Shown here: piece by piece, positions 36,141 to 49,672 of the stretch
How positions within the stretch are numbered: position 1 is the first letter of the stretch
Layout: each line of letters opens with the position of its first letter
Origin: the human T2T-CHM13v2.0 reference genome, Homo sapiens
DNA: 64,000 nucleotides
Assembly: GCF_009914755.1 (NCBI RefSeq)
Contig: NC_060930.1
Reading direction: 5' to 3' (one strand)
Notes under the pieces: generated by a model
The model's input: only the letters and a program-made list of their open reading frames with translations
What the model was told of the DNA's origin: nothing
Database searches by the model: none
Translations under genes and position numbers: made by a program

Positions 36141-38442
36141 AGAGAACAAATGAGAAATACCTGAACACCCAAAAGAGACTTTCACAATAACAATACTATG
36201 AATAATCATACACTAATAAATTGAATAACTTAAATAAAATGGATACATTTCTGGAAGATATAAAATATTAAAATTGGTGTTGAGATTAAAAGCTTGACTA
36301 GAGCAACAACAATTCAAAAATCAACATCCAGTCATATAACCATCTCAGCTGCTAGAGAGGTGAGGGGAGGGCAACTTCAGGCACAGAAGAATTTTCAAGG
36401 TATAGATATTTCTTAATTCATACAATTTATTCCAGGAAATAGAAAAGAGGGGAGAAGCTGCTCATATAATTTCTGTGGCTAGAACAATATTAATACCAAA
36501 ACCACACAAGGACCAAATAAGAATAATGGGTTATCAGCCCATTTTTATTTATGATCATAGATTCTGTAATCTAAGATCATCGTTCAGATTCTCAGGGAAA
36601 GATGGCAGATGGAACATACACCTTTATTTCTGTTCGCTCCTAAAACCCACAAAAATGAACATAAAGAAATGCAGGAAACATAGGAACGAGGGAAACTAGA
36701 AGGTAAAATAGCAAGAAAATTTGGGGAGCTGAAAAAAATATATAAGTAAGTGGGAAATGACTTAGAAGTGAGAAAACAGAACCTTTCATCAGAGTTGAGG
36801 AAGGCAGAAGTCAAGTCTTATTTACACAACAGTATTGCCAAGATGGCTGAGAAAGTGGAGGTGGTTTAGGGGAGTCCGATTAAGAAGAAATGGTAGAAAG
36901 TTGTTTAAGAAGCAATGAGGAACCCAGATCCCCTTGCCACTTTCTGTAGATGAGCGACCTTGACCCACCTTGGCAGACAACTGGGAATGAATGCCTTAGA
37001 GAGGTTGCAAAGAAGGCTGGGTTTCTGTGTGTGGTAGGGAAGGGGTGGGCAATAGGTATAGGTGAGGATGGTGACAATGTCCTGAAAACCATGGGATTAT
37101 GTGAAGAACATGTACCAGAAGCTGAGAAACACTCCAGCCCTCTTCTCCTATTTGGATTCCAGAAAGTTGGCAGCCAGATCTTCTTCCTCCAGACAAGAGA
37201 TGGGGTGAGTCTTCCCTGGGGATCCTGAGCAGCCCAAGAGAGAAGGCTGAATGATATTGACAAGGCACTTCCTCAAGCAAATGGCCAAGGAGTCACCCTC
37301 CTGTGAAACTCCCAGGGCACCAGCCCCACTGTGGGCTCACAGCATCCAATTATCTTTAGAATTTTGTTACCCAGGCCTGAGAAAAAGCTCTCAAGTGAAA
37401 GAGAAGAAAGAAACTAAACAGAGAATAGTGAAGGCAACTGGGAAGAAACAGAGACCACCTAAGGAACCATAAATAAAAACAGAAAACTTTTTCTCCAAGG
37501 GCTGTTTCCAAAACAGAGGGAGGCAGAGAGAGAATGAGAACAACAGAGAAATGGGAGAGAAAAAAAAAGAAAAAGACAACTGATCCAGGAGGTGAATGCT
37601 TGAATAAAAGGAGTTCTAGAAAGACAGAACATAGAAAACAGAGAGGGGAAAATCATGCATGAACTAATTCAAGAAATTTTCCTGTGAATTTCTAGATCGA
37701 AAAGGCCACTCACTGTGCGGAGCAAAGGGATGGAAATAGACACACTCCAAGGCTCATCCCTGTGACATTCCAGGACACCGAGAACAAAAAGAAAACGCTG
37801 ATAAAGTGAAGACAACAGATCACATATTGCCATAGTTATCATAATTGCTCCTGACTTTTCAACAACAATAGGAGCAAGAAGGTAACATAGCAATGCCTTC
37901 AAAATCCTGAGGACAAATTGTTTCCAACTCAGAATTTTTTATATCAGTCAAACTGTCATGGTAAAACAGGCATTTTTAAATATAAAAGTTGTCAAAATGT
38001 ATTTTCCATTCCCCCTTTCTCCCGTAGTTACTCAAGGATGGGTTCCACCAGTACAAAGGAGTAAACAAAGATCCAAGAATCAAGAAAACGTTGTAGAGGA
38101 GACAAAGAGAAGCCCCAGAAACATGAGGAAGAGACAGCTGTGTACCAACTGGTGGAGGCAGTGCATCCATACAGGGCAAAAAAAGGCTGCAGGCATGACT
38201 TTTTAGGAAGATGCTCAACAAAATACTTGCTGAGAAAAAAAAAAACAAAACTTAGAAATGCTGGTTCCAAAACATGTGCTTTTGTTTGTTTGTTTTTTCT
38301 TGTTCTGACTTTTAATTCATTACACCACTGCTCTCCAAGAAAAGGCTATCAATTATTCCCTTCCAACAATGCATAAGAATGACTTTTTCCCTACTTCTCC
38401 AGGACAGAATATAATTATCATTTATTTTAATCTTTTTTGAAC

Positions 38443-41045
38443 TGTTAAAAAGATAAACTGAGGCACAGTAAAATTTTAAAGAGTTTTGGTGAGTTTTTTT
38501 TAGCATGAACAATTTATGAACTGAGCAGCTCCGAACCAGAAATAGTTTGGGAGCTCCACTGAGGAACACAAAGAGGAGACTTTTATAAGACAGACACAGA
38601 AGTAAAGCAAAGTATTTAATTGGTTACTGTTATACAATTGCTTTTTTTGGTCTCTCAACTTGGAAAGCCCCTCGTTATCTAAGTTTGTATAAATAGTAAC
38701 TTCTGATTGGTTGAGCTTAAGTTCTGCTTTTAAAAATATATATATAGATATAGATATATATAGGCATTCACAAGAAATAGCTCAAGTTAAGTTTGGTTAT
38801 GTTTGCAAATCAAGCAAGGTTTAGGTCACTTACAAATCATAACTTCTTTTGTCCCCTCTGGGATTCTTCAGGTCTGGTCTCCATTTTAATTTACTTTAAC
38901 AATCCCACCGCTTTGGGTCACCCTCTCAGCAAGCTAAGAAGAAGGTGGTAGCATTCCTCTCAGTTACCACTAGTGAAATAGTCACTGGAACAAAGAGTCA
39001 TGTAATCTTATCCTCAACAGTTGTATTGGGATATAAGATTACATGGCATCATTACCTGCATCATGGGCTTCAGTGGTAGGGTTGTTGAGTTCTTCAAGTC
39101 AATTAATGATGATGGCAATCATTTGATGTGTGAGTGCCTTCTGGAAAGCTTTGAAATCCTTGAGAGGATAAGATATAGTAGGATGGTAAACAAAATGACT
39201 ACAGAGAGAATAATAGCCAAGGATTTTTAAATTCCCTGGAGCAGAGATTCCCAGGAGCCAATATTTCACCAATAAAATAAATCAGTGGAGGAGGCAACAC
39301 CTGTCTGATAAAAGATATATTTGTTCCTTAAGATCCTTTAAATTGGGCTCAACAATTTCTAATTTATTAATATAGAAACAATATTTTGTTTTTTACAAAT
39401 AAGAGCCTCCTTGTTAAGTTGCTAAGGTATCAAGGACTTCTATTTTGGAGTACTATTGAGGTTAAATTGTTTATTTCAGATAGTATTGCTTGAAGGGAAT
39501 TCAAGGTAGCATTCTATAAAAACAAAAGAAAAAAAAAAGGTTAACATTAGGAACAAATTATGATCTTAGTCTTTAAGTCCAGAGAGCAGCCTGTCAAGAT
39601 TTCTAAATTTGAGTTTGAAGCATTTTTAGATGATGGAATGAGGATGGCAATTGCAACCTGATGGATTTTCCTGGCTTGCAGTTTGAATGTCTCTGGAAAT
39701 ATCATCAGGTGTTCCAGTGAATTCTCCAAGTGACCCACACAGCAGCAGCATGAAAATTTTCCATACATGGTCTGTTGTAGTAATTTTTCTGAATTTAAAG
39801 TCATCCAATTTCAGCTGGCAGGGCTTCGGAAAAAAGCAGTTTTAGTTTCTAGTGAAACTAGAAAATGTTAGGATTCAATCCAATTTACAAGGACATAACA
39901 AAGACCAGAATTTGATGATGGGTGCTATAGTTTTCTATTGAAATACAATCTTTTTTATGGTCATTCCAAATTTTTCCAAAAATAATCATGGTTAACTCTT
40001 CTTTTTGTGCAAAATCAGCAGTCTCATTAAACTTGATCTGATTATTTACATAAGTGCAACAAGAAAAGTGATTCTATGTATGCATATTTTTAAAATACAT
40101 CATTTTGTCAAAGTTTTGATAATATCCAAGGGGCTTTATTGACTTTGTATAAGTCAATCTTAGTTATTTGTTCATTTTATTGTTTGTTTTACTATTTGTT
40201 AACAAGGAATCTCCGATTAGACCTTTAAAAACCTCTCTAGGCTAGGAGGCCAAGTTAAGGACTTACCCAATTATGTCTTGTTATAAGAACAGATTCTTAT
40301 TGAACCTATGCAAATACCTATATTGCCATGAAAATAAGAATATTCAATAAGTGCTTCCAAATTATGGGGTGATCAGGTAGGGAGGAAAAAAACGTTTTCT
40401 TTTTGTTTACAAAAGTATATTTTATCAAATTGTTTTAAGTTATAGAAAAAAGTTTTCCTAAATCTAGAAAGCAAGACATTAAAGAACCAGCAATGTTTCA
40501 AACGAAAAGTTATAAAAATTATAATTATTCTCATCAGTTAATTTAGTCTCACATAATTAATTTTTGTTTTGCTTGATCTTGGGTTAGCAGATTTATAAAT
40601 ACATTACTTTTCCATTAGAGGTCTGGAAATTCTTACCTAGCCTTATAGTATGAGCTTAAAATTATCAGAAACCTGTACTCATCAGCCTTTATCATGAATC
40701 TCTTACAATTCTGTGTCATGCAACTGACAAGGGAGTTTGGTTGCTTTGGTAACATACGACATTTTAACATAATAATTAAAATTATGGATGATAACATTAT
40801 ACTAGTACATATCAGATTTCTAGGAATTTGACATAATTTCTGGAACACTCATCAATAACAAACATAACTTAAAGAAGGTTTAGCATCACCCATTATTTGA
40901 CATTGCTTCTCATGCAATTTAACATATCAAATAAGCCTCACTAGTTTAACATGTCTGTTTTTACAAGAAGAGAAGATAAATTCTTTTGAGATATTCCAGG
41001 GACCCTTTTGGACACTCCCAAAGTTGGTTTGAGGTCAAAAAGACC
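38443..41045 (-). mobile_element. ERV1 remnant: 3' LTR (38443-38901, MER67-like) plus internal env-side sequence
   Basis: LTR bounded by TGTTAAA...TTTAACA; purine-rich tract next to the LTR; AT-rich MER4-group internal sequence to ~41045. Confidence 0.7.
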
Positions 41046-41865
41046 TATATGGCATGGCCAGTTCTAGGGGTAAGGTTGTGTCCATGCCAGTGTGTGGCAT
41101 ATGGCGATGTTCAGCTAGCATGAGTCTGAATTAATTACCACACATAGGAGCCAGAGTAAAGTGTTCCCAGGCCATCTACCCCCAACCAATGTCCCCACTT
41201 ATTACTGCAACCTCTTACATCTTCTATAACATGCTCCAAAAAGTACGCACAACAGTAATCCCCCAAATGCCAAATACCACATTATTTCACGTTGAACAGT
41301 CTTGTTAGTGCATGAGTTCGTGTGCAGCACACGTGGTATTGTACACAAATTATATTTCCCTTCTACACTGTAATGAACATGGAGTGTGATGTAAATAACC
41401 ATGGAATACTGAGTTAAAGCTAGAATTTTATCTAAATTAGACCTGAGTTTGTCGTGCCCCCAGGTGCCTGACAGAACTAAACAGTGAGAACCCCAGAACC
41501 CTTTCCAATGGGGAACGTCAGAGGCACCACAGCCACGGACCCTCCACTCTCTCCTGCACTCATTGCACCTTGACTGTCTTCCTTGGTGCTTGCAGACGTT
41601 TGTCATAGTGGATTTTTTTAATCAGATCGTGAATTTTGGGCAAACTTTCTACAGTTCGTGGGAGTAAATGTTTGAATGGTTTGAGTTCAGACCGTGAGAC
41701 AGATCTGCATTTTCCATTCTGAAGAGGTTACACATGAGCTAGCAGATGGGATCGAATTTCAATTATACGGAAACAAGGTAGAAAAGAAGGGACCTCAGGC
41801 AAAAGAGTAAAAGCAAGTTTGCAACTTAGAGTTTACAGTGGCTGGTCACAGGAGTATCTGACCCT

Positions 41866-42040
41866 GGAATTCCCAAACTTCTCCGCACCTTAGAATTACC
41901 TGAGGAATATTTTTAAAATGCCAAAGCCCAGGCCACACCCGGACCAATTAAATTAGGCGCACTGGGGTGGAATCCGGCATCTGCATTTCTGAAGCTCCCT
42001 AGATGATCCCAGCATGCAGAGGAGTCTGAGAATGACTAGT
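41866..42040. mobile_element. MER5A-like DNA transposon
   Basis: TTAGAATTACCTG...CCCAGGCCACACCC...GGCATCTGCATTT...AGTCTGAGAATGACT. Confidence 0.8.
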
Positions 42041-42049
42041 CTAATTTCA

Positions 42050-42800
42050 TTTCCACAATATGCTTGTGAAGCGGTCGCCACTATCCCCTGTGATTCCCTT
42101 AAGGTTCCCCCCAGTGAATTTGTGGCATCAGGAGCCCAGCCCAGCACTCCTTCCGCTGCACGTGCCGCTGTCCTGGAGGACAGGAAGCAGAGCCAGGGTG
42201 CTGCGTACGTGGCTCTTCAGAGGGCTCTTCAGTGTGCCTCCAAGGGCGCACAGCCGAGTTGAGCCGTCTGATTACGCTCCGGGGTGATGGACAGGCTGCC
42301 CCTGCCCCCTGCTGGCCAGAGGCTGCTATTGCAGCCAGCGTGCACACGCGTGCGCGCATCTTCAGCCACCTGCAGTTTCTCTGATTCTTCCCTGGTCTCC
42401 TCTCTGCAGTGTCGCCAGAACACCTTCCCACACTCTATTCTTTGTGGCCCTTCTGACTTTCTCTTTGCCGTGTGACAGGGGAGTCCTCCCTAACCAGCAG
42501 ACAGTGAAGGTGGAGTCCACGTTTCTCGGCCTCCACGCATAGTGAGTCTCAGACCCCGCAAGGCTGCAGACAGTGCTGTGTAAGTGGGCCTTCAGTCCTG
42601 TGGGGAGCCCAGGTTGAATCCCCAGGAATAGAAGCTCCAGAGGAAGGTCCCCAATCAGTCCGTGGTCCCCAATCCTGAGAAGGGTTGCCTTTTCTGGGAG
42701 GAGCCTGGGTCTCATCGCTATGCGGGAACAGGGCTCTGGGAGGTGTCCAGGAAATGTGAGACCGGAAGTCGCCGTCAGGGAACGGAGTAGTCTGTGGCCC
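42050..42800. promoter_or_regulatory. CpG-enriched regulatory patch with a reverse-strand CTCF consensus (42302-42315)
   Basis: Minus strand GGCCAGCAGGGGGCAG; CACGTG 42159-42164; NRF1-like CGCGTGCGCGCA 42347-42358; ACCGGAAGT 42761-42769; many more CpGs than the flanks. Confidence 0.7.
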
Positions 42801-43772
42801 TGTTAGAGGAAACAGCCCTGGGGGGTCCCCAATTGCTTCTAGAATCTATTCTGTTTACTCTTCTAGGGAATACCTGTAACTTCTTTCCTTGGAACCAAGA
42901 TTTAGCACATGAGAAGAATCTGGAAGAAGCTGAGCCCACAAGGGTCCCAGGAGGGCATTCTACCTGCCCACTGACCGTCTCAGCATGCTACACCCTCGAG
43001 GGAACTCAGGTTCCCTGTCTGTAAAATGCAGATTCTCTCCTATGAAATCTCTGAGGTGAATAGCTCTGGATAAACTTCAGTGGCCTTCTTTTAGATGTTT
43101 TTTGTTTTTGTTTTTTGTGGGTTTTTTTTCCCCTTGGGTCTTCCTGCCTGGGGCCCTCTGCCCTGGGTCTCCTGCAGAGGTTCCCACCAGCTCAGGAAAA
43201 CACTCAAGGGTGAGTGTCTCAGAGCTCAATAGGCCTGAGTTCCTTTCCCAATACCTCCTACCACTCCCTGGACATACACACTAGCACATACATGCACACA
43301 TGTGTGTGCAATCAAGCTAATCAGAGTGGGGCCTTGATTGAGTCAGAGCTCTTTGCACTCCTCCACATGTCCTCTACAGTGTAGCACTAATTCTGTGTCC
43401 TCCGGGGTCAGGGCCAGGTGCAGCAGGTGCAACCCACATTGCAGGTGAAACCTGTGAGTGAAGGAGCCTGGTGGGGGCTCTTGCTGTCATCTAGGTGGAA
43501 GGAGACGAAGATCAGGCAGAGGAGGCCGAAAAAGATCTGGAGGGTTTGGTGACAAAGGAAAAGATCTGGAGGGTCTGTGACAATGGATTTGAAAGTTCTT
43601 TGTCACTTTCAAGTTCTACACAAATTTGGGACAGACATCATATGATTCTAGCACCATTGTCTCAGATTTCATAGCTGTCAAAATTTTACAATATTCTACA
43701 AGAAGCAAATAAAATTACCTTGCATCTTTAAGTTTAGAATTTTTCTTTATATTTTTTTTCCATTTTGATCAT

Positions 43773-44450
<678 letters not shown>

Positions 44451-45477
44451 TGAGCTGAACTTGCCCTTTACTTTGACTCTGCAAGTGTGCTACACTTGTA
44501 GCTCCTTGGCAATGAGGTTGTGAAAACAAGTCCAACACACACAGGATAAGGATCCATCATTCTTGCATATTTAGCTTAATACCAGGTGAGGCTCTCCACT
44601 CCTCTCTCATGCTCATTTCCCTCTCCAGGCTGCCATCTGCTAAGGTATGCGGTCCCCTCTAGGCCCAGGTCACGGAGCCCGTGCTTCACCTGCTGGTGTC
44701 TCCCCTCACCCAGCCTCCAGACCCCACCAGGCCAGCCGTGACTGTCACCACCTGATCATCTTCACTCTTAGACACAAGAAAAAACTTCCAGGTTTTGCAT
44801 TTCAGGAGTTATGACTTTGGGATCTCTATCCCTTGCTTAAGAAACCCATGAATTTATTTTTTATAATTTTTACCATGCCAGTGTGGGTGGGAGAGTAAAA
44901 TTCCCCACCTCCCAAGGACATGTTTCAGGAAATAAGGAAACGATACCAGCTATTATCAGATCCTGACATTTCACTGGGGCCCTGGCCTGATCTTGGGGAC
45001 AGGAGACAGGTGCACACCAGCCCAGGCCTTAAGTCCACTCTTCTGACTTCATTCAACTCCTCTCTTTCTTCTCCTCCAGCTCAGAGAATCTTTATTTGGT
45101 CTAGGGTGTTGAGGGTAAGACTAGAAGAGCTGTTTCGGTTCACACACATATGGGAAAATTTCTACTCAATGTGTTGAGCTACAATTTACTTAAATACATA
45201 TATCCATATATCAATCATCATTATCAAGATACAGAATGTTTGCATTACACCAGGAAGTTCTTTCACATGCCTTTACAATTAATACACTTCTCCCAAATGT
45301 CTTTCAACACGTGAACAGATAAACAGATAGCAGCACATCACACGATGGTATATTACTCAGCAGTAAAAAGGAATGGTCTATGATACACCAACAACATGAA
45401 TGAATCTCCAAAACCTTAGACCAAGCAAAAGATGACACATATAAAATAATCTGCACTGTATGATTCCATGTATATGA

Positions 45478-45841
<364 letters not shown>

Positions 45842-45849
45842 ATCCAGCG

Positions 45850-47450
45850 TTTTTATCTAAAAGTTTTCTACTTTGAACTTTCACATTTATGACTATAATT
45901 CATTTAGAATTAAGTTTTCTGTATGGATAACTAGTTGTCCTAGCACCACTTGTTGAAAACACTTTGCTTTTGTCCGTTGAATTGCTTTGGTGGCTTTGTT
46001 AAAAATCAGTTGCCCGTATATGTGTGGGTCTATTTCTGGACTATCTAATCTGTTCTATTTATTTAACTGTCTGTCCTTACTACAGTAGCACACTGTCTTC
46101 ATTACTGTAATTTTATAGTAAGTCCTGAAATCAGAGGTGAGTTATCCAGCTTTGTACTTCTTTTTCCCATTGTTTTGGCTACTCTGTGCCCTGTGCATGT
46201 AAGTTTCAGAGTCCTCTTGTCAATTTCAACAAAAATGCCTACTAGGTTTGTGTCTGTGACGTAACCTAGTATTGAGCTTATACATCAGTTTGACAAGAAT
46301 TAACATCTTAACAATATTGAGTCTCCCAGTTCAGGAACATGGTATTTCTCTCCATTTATTTAGATTTTCTTTAATTTATCTTATCTTCCTGGTGTAATGC
46401 AAACATTCTATATCTTGATAATGATGATTGATACGTGGATATATGTATTTAAGTAAATTGTAGCTCAACACATTGAGTAGAAATTTTCTTATATGTGTGT
46501 GAACCGACAGAAACAGCTCTTCTAGTCTTACCCTTAACACCCTAGACTAAATAAAGATTTTAATTTAATTTATCTCATCAATATTTTATAGTTTTGAATG
46601 TATAGGTCTTGCACATATTTTGTTAAATTCATCCCTAAGCATTTAATGGTTTAGGATGTTGTTTTAGGTGTCATTTTAAAAGTATTCATTTGTCTATGGT
46701 ACACTGCAATTATATAGATAGTCCATTTGAGTTTTCTATATTGACCTTGTACCCTGAAACACTGCTAAATTTCAGTATTGGCTGTTATAGCTTTTTGTGT
46801 AGATCGCTTAGGATTTAATGTGTATACAATCATGTTGTCTATGAATAAAGACAATGTTCCTTCTTCTTTACAATATGTATGCCCTTTGTTTCCCTTTATT
46901 GCCTTATCAAGTAATTAAATCTCCAGAACAATATTAAAGAAAAGTGCTGAGAGAGATAGCCCTGCCTTTTCTCCTAACTTAGATGGAAATGATGGGGTCT
47001 TTCATCATAAAAGGTAACTCTGACTATAGGTATTTTGCAGATACCCTTTATTAGGAAAAGGAAGTTCCTTTATTTTCCTAGTTTGCTTATAGTTCTAATT
47101 TTTCTAATGTTTTCCTACATTTTTTGATATGACCTTATATTTTGTTTTCTTTTTAATATCATGAATTACACTGATTGATTTTTCAAATGTTAATCCAACC
47201 TGGAGTTCCTGGGATAAACCCCATCTGGCCATGTGTATTACCTTTTTTATATACTGCTAAATTCAGTACACGAATACTGTGTTCAGGATGTTCATGAGGG
47301 ACATTGGTCTATCATTTTCCTTTCTTCTAATTCCTTTTTCTGCCTTTTGTATCAGGCTGATTTGAGCCCTATAAAATGAATTGAGATATGTTTCTAGTTT
47401 TCTTAAAGAGTTTAAGTTCAATATTAGCTTTTTCTTAAATATTTATGGCA
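45850..47450 (-). mobile_element. Old L1M ORF2 fragment, antisense, interrupted at 46385-46563
   Basis: Typical antisense L1 (CATCTTAACAATATTGAGTCTCCC; GGAAGTTCCTTTATTTTCCTAGTTTGC). Confidence 0.8.
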
Positions 47451-49491
47451 TTTTGTCTTGCCAAAGACTATATTTCTCTTGAAGTTGGAGGCCAAGATGA
47501 CTTCACTGGTAAATTCTATCAAATATTTCTATGTCTGAAATGGTTATTTTTGTTATAATGGATTATCATTTATTCGAAATGTTTAACTTAAAATTGACTA
47601 TCACATTACTCTATTTCTGCATAGGGTTTACTTTTATTATAAGTTTATTAGGTTTTCTTTACCTGCTTATTAATTTTCTGTCTCCTGTCTGCCTTCCCCA
47701 TCCTACCAAACACCCTTCTCTGAATATGAATATAAGCTCCAAGAGTGAAGGAAACGTGCCCGAGCTCTCCATCTATTCCCTGTGTCTGGAATGGAAGACT
47801 CAATAAGCATTTGTTGAATGAATTGTAGGAATGAATGAAGAAACTCCTTTTGTTCTCTTGGTTTTCAGCTAATATGCTTGAGTTTTCGGAAGCTGGAAGA
47901 AACAAGGCATGGATTCTCCTCTAGAACCATGGGGACTGTGCAGCCCTGCCAACACCTTGATCACAGACTTCTGGCCTCCAGGCTATGATAGGATAAACTT
48001 CTGCTAAGGCACCCAGTTTGTGATCATTTGTCACAGTAGACTTGGAAAACGAATACACCAACTAATTAATATTTCGATTATTATGTAATTATAGAAATAT
48101 ATTAATTCATAGGTTTTCTCATATACTTTATTTTTATAATTTCCACTAGTTTTTCATTCCTAAAAATATATAGATGCATTCCTTTTACAAATATTTTTCT
48201 AGCAGCATATTTATTAATTACATTTGATTTACATTTTTTCACCTTTCTGGATGGACATTCTTACTCTTCAGTATTTGTTCATGTTATATATTTTATACGT
48301 GCACATACTAAAATGTAAATATGTTCTTGTAAAATATTTAACATTTTATGCATGTTTTAATTTATGCTAATTACATTGATATAAATTTATTAATTTATAT
48401 TACAACTAAATACATACATATCATAAATGAAAATTATTAGAAATAATAGGAGAGATTGTTAATTTAGATATATATAAGATTCATACACAAAAATTAGTTG
48501 CATACATATGAACAAACAACAAGCAATTACAAAATATTATTTGATAAAGACACCACTTTTGGTCACCTTTTAAACCAGAATGCAATAATTATTTAAACTT
48601 TGGACTTGTCCCAGTACTTACTACCACCATTTGTCGGCCCTTTAAAAAAATGTAACTACCAGTGGATTGAAGTAAATATTCAAATTATTTCTTTCCAAGA
48701 AGGACATTAGTTTCTATCATGTGTAACACCATCTGGTTGTCTTCACAGAGGAAGGATAATAGTGAGACTTAAGAGCCTTGGATGATGCTGCTCCTTGTTC
48801 TCTGTAGAAATTGATTTGTTGTCTTCTGATGTTTGGTGTTGCAGCAGAAAGCTCTGAAGCCAATGAGACTTAAAGGAAATAACTTCCTTTTCTCTCCTGT
48901 CCTGCACATGGTAGGATTTGTCCTAGATAAATGTGGCGGGTATTGCTATCGCAGAACATCTGTTTCCCCTTTATCTCTGGACAAACAGAAGACTTGTGCT
49001 TTTCAGCTCCTTGATGATCTGCTTGGCTAATAAAATATGAGTGGAAGTGACAGTCGCACTTCCAGGGGAACAATTTAAGGACCAGTGCTCAAATTTCCAG
49101 CACTCTCTTCCCCTTCCGTGACAATCAGGCAAGCAGGCATTGATGTGCAAGTCCATAAAAGCAATGCACCTCAAATCCTGAGCCAACCCACAGAGGACAG
49201 GACCTCTACCCTAGAGAGTCATCCAGTCATGTGGTGGGCTTCCCAGGACTCAGGGAAAAACTTTATGTGAACTCACTGAATGGGGATTGTTTATTATTCA
49301 GATGGCCTGTGCTGGAAGACACAATTTGCATCTCAAATTAGTAAGAGCTTCACATATGTCATCCTTCATTTCAGAAAATCTTCCTTCCATTAAGCCTATA
49401 TTTGTTGCTTGTGTTTACATTCTTCCGGCCACTCCTTCAGAAACACCCTTACATATAGGCTGCCTCTCCATTCTTTATCATCTTACCTCTC

Positions 49492-49672
49492 TAGGGTCAG
49501 CAAACTTTTTCTGTAAAGGGCAAAACAGTGAATACGTCATCGCCTCTGCCACTGTGGCATGGCGCCTTTCACAGAGTACACGGAATGAAGAAGCATGTCT
49601 ACAATAAAACTTTATTTACAAAGTCAGATGTCAGGCTGGATTTGGCTCCAGGGCTGTAGTTTACCGAACCCT
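49492..49672. mobile_element. MER58A-like DNA transposon
   Basis: AGGGTCAGCAAACTTTTTCTGTAAAGGG...CAATAAAACTTTATTTACAAA...GTAGTTTACCGAACCCTG. Confidence 0.85.

Noticed and set aside
44600-44760. Possible degenerate TREM-like exon (CCCTCTCCAG acceptor, CTGCTGGTGTCTCC resembling a V-exon end)
   Set aside because: Too short, no V-set Cys/Trp or DSGxYxC remnant and no donor at the expected place.
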